IMG/VR virus record: IMGVR_UViG_3300032213_001988
Coordinates: 1 to 64,000 of that record
Strand: one strand, 5' to 3'
DNA: 64,000 bases
Origin: a virus
Both the position numbers and the translations under genes were made by a program. Below, piece after piece: positions 60,847 to 64,000 of the stretch. How positions within the stretch are numbered: the stretch's first letter is position 1; each line of letters opens with the position of its first letter. The notes below the pieces were generated by a model that saw only the letters and a list, made by a program, of their open reading frames with translations, ran no database searches and was not told the DNA's origin.

Positions 60847-61983
60847 CTACGCTCCACCAAGCGTGAACGCGTTGATATTCGAGTTCGCTAGTTGGAATCT
60901 TATGTTACCTGAGCAGATAAGAACGGTTTCAGTGGTTCCCGGTGATTCCACGCTTGGTCTAGATGCGTAAAGATCATAAGTACCAGGGTCAACCATCCCT
61001 ATAACACTAAGGGCATTCGCATAGCTGACATTAAATGTAATGTCATACGCTGCCTCATCAATACTTACCGCTCCCTGGTCAGTATCAAGCTGCTTTGTTT
61101 GTCCATAGTTGCGAATAATAAGATTTGGGACCCAGTTGCCTTGCTCAACAAGAAACTCTGCCGCGATGTACTCGAGAGGAACGGTTACAGATCCTCCAGT
61201 TGATTTTACTTCAATATCAAGCTCGCTTGTGCCAAGACGAAGAGGCTTTGGAGTGTAGCGGCGTCCGCGCGGAACATCAGGAGAAAACACACGAGCCTTT
61301 GCTCGTGCCTTGTCCGGGTTTGTGGACTTAAGAAATAGATCTACCATGTAGATACCAGTGCGCATCTCTTCAATGAAGTCCTGGCTGTCTAGAAGCGTGT
61401 AGGATACGCCTTGTCGTGCTATAGATGTGACACGCTGTGGAAGAGCACAGTCATCAGACCCTTCAAAAAGCTTTACAAATTCAATTGCAAGTGTTCGTGC
61501 AGCCATTCTTCCCATAGTAGGAGCATACGTTCCATACGAGTACGTAATTTCTAGGTTACAAGGCGTCCAAGGAATACCTGTGGCAGCTTGAACTGTTGAG
61601 TGATCTACTAGGTAGTACGCTGATGGGTCAAGAATAACTCCGTCGCGACGACGAATCGAGTGAATCTTTGTTACAGGGCGTCCGCGAAGACGAATACGGG
61701 ACTCTGGAGATAAACCGTCAGTTACTCCGCCCTCAAACTCGTCAGCTGGAATGTTAAATACTGCTCCGTCAAGAAGCACCGCTTGATACGTGTTTGTAGA
61801 CGCGCCGTAGCGGAAAATTCTGTTTTGGCAGACGTATCGCTCAGTTACAGTCGTGATTCCGCTGTACTTGCGACCTGACATTGACCAAAGAAGTCCAGAT
61901 GCTGACTTACAAGCTTCATAGGCAAATTCCGAGTCGGCGTAAGGTGTGCCGAGCTCGTCGGGTGTTACCCAAAGGTTACTCAT
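60847..61983 (-). CDS. Head-to-tail adaptor protein with C-terminal extra domain
   Basis: ASGLLWSMSGRKY...LPQRVTSIARQGVSY...TGIYMVDLFL..NP. Confidence 0.75.
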   Translation of the reverse strand: MSNLWVTPDELGTPYADSEFAYEACKSASGLLWSMSGRKYSGITTVTERYVCQNRIFRYGASTNTYQAVLLDGAVFNIPADEFEGGVTDGLSPESRIRLRGRPVTKIHSIRRRDGVILDPSAYYLVDHSTVQAATGIPWTPCNLEITYSYGTYAPTMGRMAARTLAIEFVKLFEGSDDCALPQRVTSIARQGVSYTLLDSQDFIEEMRTGIYMVDLFLKSTNPDKARAKARVFSPDVPRGRRYTPKPLRLGTSELDIEVKSTGGSVTVPLEYIAAEFLVEQGNWVPNLIIRNYGQTKQLDTDQGAVSIDEAAYDITFNVSYANALSVIGMVDPGTYDLYASRPSVESPGTTETVLICSGNIRFQLANSNINAFTLGGA

Positions 61984-62005
61984 ACCGTCCCTCTTGTCCC
62001 ATTTA

Positions 62006-62057
62006 ATAAAAACAGGCGGTGTACCTGTGTATACCTATTACACATCGGCACACCGCC
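62006..62057 (-). terminator. Intrinsic terminator after the major tail protein gene
   Basis: caggcggtg...caccgcctg outer stem plus an inner tgtgta/tacaca stem, followed on the minus strand by TTTTTATT. Confidence 0.65.
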
Positions 62058-62070
62058 TGCTGTACTTAAA

Positions 62071-63117
62071 TTACGCTGTTGGATCCTCGTTTGAAGCAAT
62101 GATAAAGTCGATTGGTAGATCGGCGTTGTAGTCATTGTTTCCTGGGATGTTGTACGCAGACGTTGATCCCTGGCTTGTGAAGTCAGAAACTGCGCGGCTG
62201 TTTGTTGGTACGGTTGCTGCGCCTACAGGTGATACTGCTGTTGAGGCAACGTCTCCTGTTGTCTTAGCGTAGCGGAACTGTGTAGTGCTTGGCACTGCGG
62301 TAATTGTGTAGGTACCGTTTAGTGTTGCATCTACTCCAGTAACTACGACGCTGTCACCAATCTCAAATCCGTGAGCAGCTGATGTCGTAAGTGTTGCAAC
62401 GTTAGTTGTAACTGCCTTATTTGACACAGCAGCCACAAGAGTAGGGTGCCATCTGTAGAAACCATTACGTCCTGTTGGTGCCCATGTTGAACGTGCGTAT
62501 GAGTACGGACGCTCTGTGGCAACTGGGTACTCCCAGCGAGAATCAAGTCCTTCTCCGAACAAAGAGTTTCCAAGGCCGTAACCTTCAAATGTATTTGCAA
62601 GCAAACCATTCTCAATTACACGGTCACCAGATTGGCGAACCTTTACGTATGGGAAGACCCAGTGGAAGTAAGGCAATGTAGATGACTTCTTGCCATCCTT
62701 GATTGCGTGTGACCAGCACTCGATTGCGACACCAGTTGCTGCAGGATCATCTCCTACTGCTGGTGAAGACCAACCGATTGACTTACGGTTTGGTGCTGCG
62801 AATGTTCCGAGGTTCTTGCGAAGCAAGAGACCGCCGGACAAAAGTTGTGTTAGTTCAGGATCTGGCTCACAAATTGCCAGTTCCATTGTGATACGCTTTA
62901 GCGTATCTGGAGACTTGTAAACTACACAGACGGTGCCATCGGCAGCCTTCTCTGTGATTTCGTCTCCTTCTTCATATTCAGGCGTAAACGAAACGCGGAT
63001 GAAAGCTGACGTAGTGTAGCTGTCTCCTGGTGTGTTCAGAAGATTACCGGCCGCATCGAGGCGAGTAACCCGAATGGACACGCCTTGAATACTTGCGGCG
63101 TAATCTTGAGTTGCCAT
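62071..63117 (-). CDS. Major tail (tube) protein with C-terminal accessory domain
   Basis: IRVTRLD..G...EEGDEI.EK.ADG.VC...PDTLK...CEPDPEL; inserted AAHGFEIGDSVVVTG...NGTYTI domain. Confidence 0.85.
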   Translation of the reverse strand: MATQDYAASIQGVSIRVTRLDAAGNLLNTPGDSYTTSAFIRVSFTPEYEEGDEITEKAADGTVCVVYKSPDTLKRITMELAICEPDPELTQLLSGGLLLRKNLGTFAAPNRKSIGWSSPAVGDDPAATGVAIECWSHAIKDGKKSSTLPYFHWVFPYVKVRQSGDRVIENGLLANTFEGYGLGNSLFGEGLDSRWEYPVATERPYSYARSTWAPTGRNGFYRWHPTLVAAVSNKAVTTNVATLTTSAAHGFEIGDSVVVTGVDATLNGTYTITAVPSTTQFRYAKTTGDVASTAVSPVGAATVPTNSRAVSDFTSQGSTSAYNIPGNNDYNADLPIDFIIASNEDPTA

Positions 63118-63157
63118 GTGTTTCTTTCTCCTTATTTAGCTATCAACGTAGATAATT

Positions 63158-64000
63158 CTACGCTGTTAGATCGATTCTTACTGCGAGGTGAATGGTCGTA
63201 TCAAAATAAACAGCCGCTGGGCGGATTGCCTTGATACGCATATCATTTTGGTTCCCTGCCACGTCGTAGCCTTGAGCTAGCGTGTCAGTAACGACATCGA
63301 CGTCGCCAAGAATTGTCCTGACTTCACCGGTGCCGTACATCCATTTGTTTGTCGCTGACGCCGTTGCGCCTGTCTGTCCTGTAGGCCCGTTTCCACTGTA
63401 GCCAGAACCAAGAATGATCTTAGTTCCGCTGACTGTCTGAAGGTGGCCTTTTTCTTTATTATCAAAGATCATGTAGTTAGCTGATAGAAGACCAGCAACG
63501 TCCTTTGTCATGTGAATGACACCATTTTCTCCACAAGGAGAGGTATCTGCTAGTTCATAGTCAAGTAGGGCAAGCGCACGTACAGCTGACAGCGCTGTGG
63601 TGCCGTTAAGAAGTGTCGCAGTTGAGTCACTAAGTGCTTTATTTGCGTGGCTTCTACCTTTTCTAACTCCGCCATCCCAGAGCTCGCGCTCCATTGCCTT
63701 CTGTGTTATACCGTCAAGCTGACGCTTAACTCGTTCTATGTAATCAATGCCGTTAGCATCTAGTGTTGAGCGGTAATCTTCAGCTTCAATAAAAAATGGT
63801 TTAATTTCAGTGTATCGCACAGGTGTTGCATCTGAGGCAATAGTGATAAGCGTTGTGTCTGTGTCGTCGATATTCTTTGCAGAATAGATGTCAGTGTTCC
63901 ACTCCTGTGAGAATCCTCTGATCCATTGATCCTCGCTTGAACGAGTGTCAGGCTTTGCTACGGTGAATAGACCGAACTCCGAAGGTGTAATCTTCGGTGC
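63158..64000 (-). CDS. Capsid-type protein, partial (resembles the Rosebush/Patience-type pentamer capsid protein)
   Basis: Frame stays open to the window edge (APKITPSEFGLF...WIRGF...PFFIEAED...AMERELWDG); lies upstream of the major tail gene. Confidence 0.55.
   Translation of the reverse strand, partial: APKITPSEFGLFTVAKPDTRSSEDQWIRGFSQEWNTDIYSAKNIDDTDTTLITIASDATPVRYTEIKPFFIEAEDYRSTLDANGIDYIERVKRQLDGITQKAMERELWDGGVRKGRSHANKALSDSTATLLNGTTALSAVRALALLDYELADTSPCGENGVIHMTKDVAGLLSANYMIFDNKEKGHLQTVSGTKIILGSGYSGNGPTGQTGATASATNKWMYGTGEVRTILGDVDVVTDTLAQGYDVAGNQNDMRIKAIRPAAVYFDTTIHLAVRIDLTA

Overview
The window is a 64-kb slice of a tailed dsDNA bacteriophage with siphovirus gene order. WhiB, extended -10 promoters and the actinophage-type structural genes point to an actinobacterial host; the GC content looks lower than in typical mycobacteriophages, judged by eye only. 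Layout: (i) 1-5195 (-), collagen-like and fibre virion genes; (ii) 5398-12459, small serine recombinase, DUF4406-like protein, primase-helicase, HTH protein, membrane protein and metallophosphoesterase; (iii) 12520-34307 (+), about 21 kb of Thr-rich GPT/GAT collagen fibres and giant adhesin-like proteins, ending in a GT2-TPR glycosyltransferase; (iv) 34249-50650 (-), WhiB, UV-repair glycosylase, DNA-modification and replication genes; (v) 50722-64000 (-), tail, tape measure, head-tail joining and a capsid-type gene. Two candidate systems stand out. The first is a T4-like glycosylated-(hydroxymethyl)cytosine pathway: a TS-fold enzyme with the dCMP-specific Asp, a gp56-like dCTPase, a dNMP kinase fused to a UDG-like domain, dCMP deaminase, two tandem GT-B transferases and a C5-MTase homologue with a degenerate SAM motif. 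The second is a BclA/SgtA-like virion-fibre O-glycosylation module. All product calls come from motif recognition by eye; no database searches were run.
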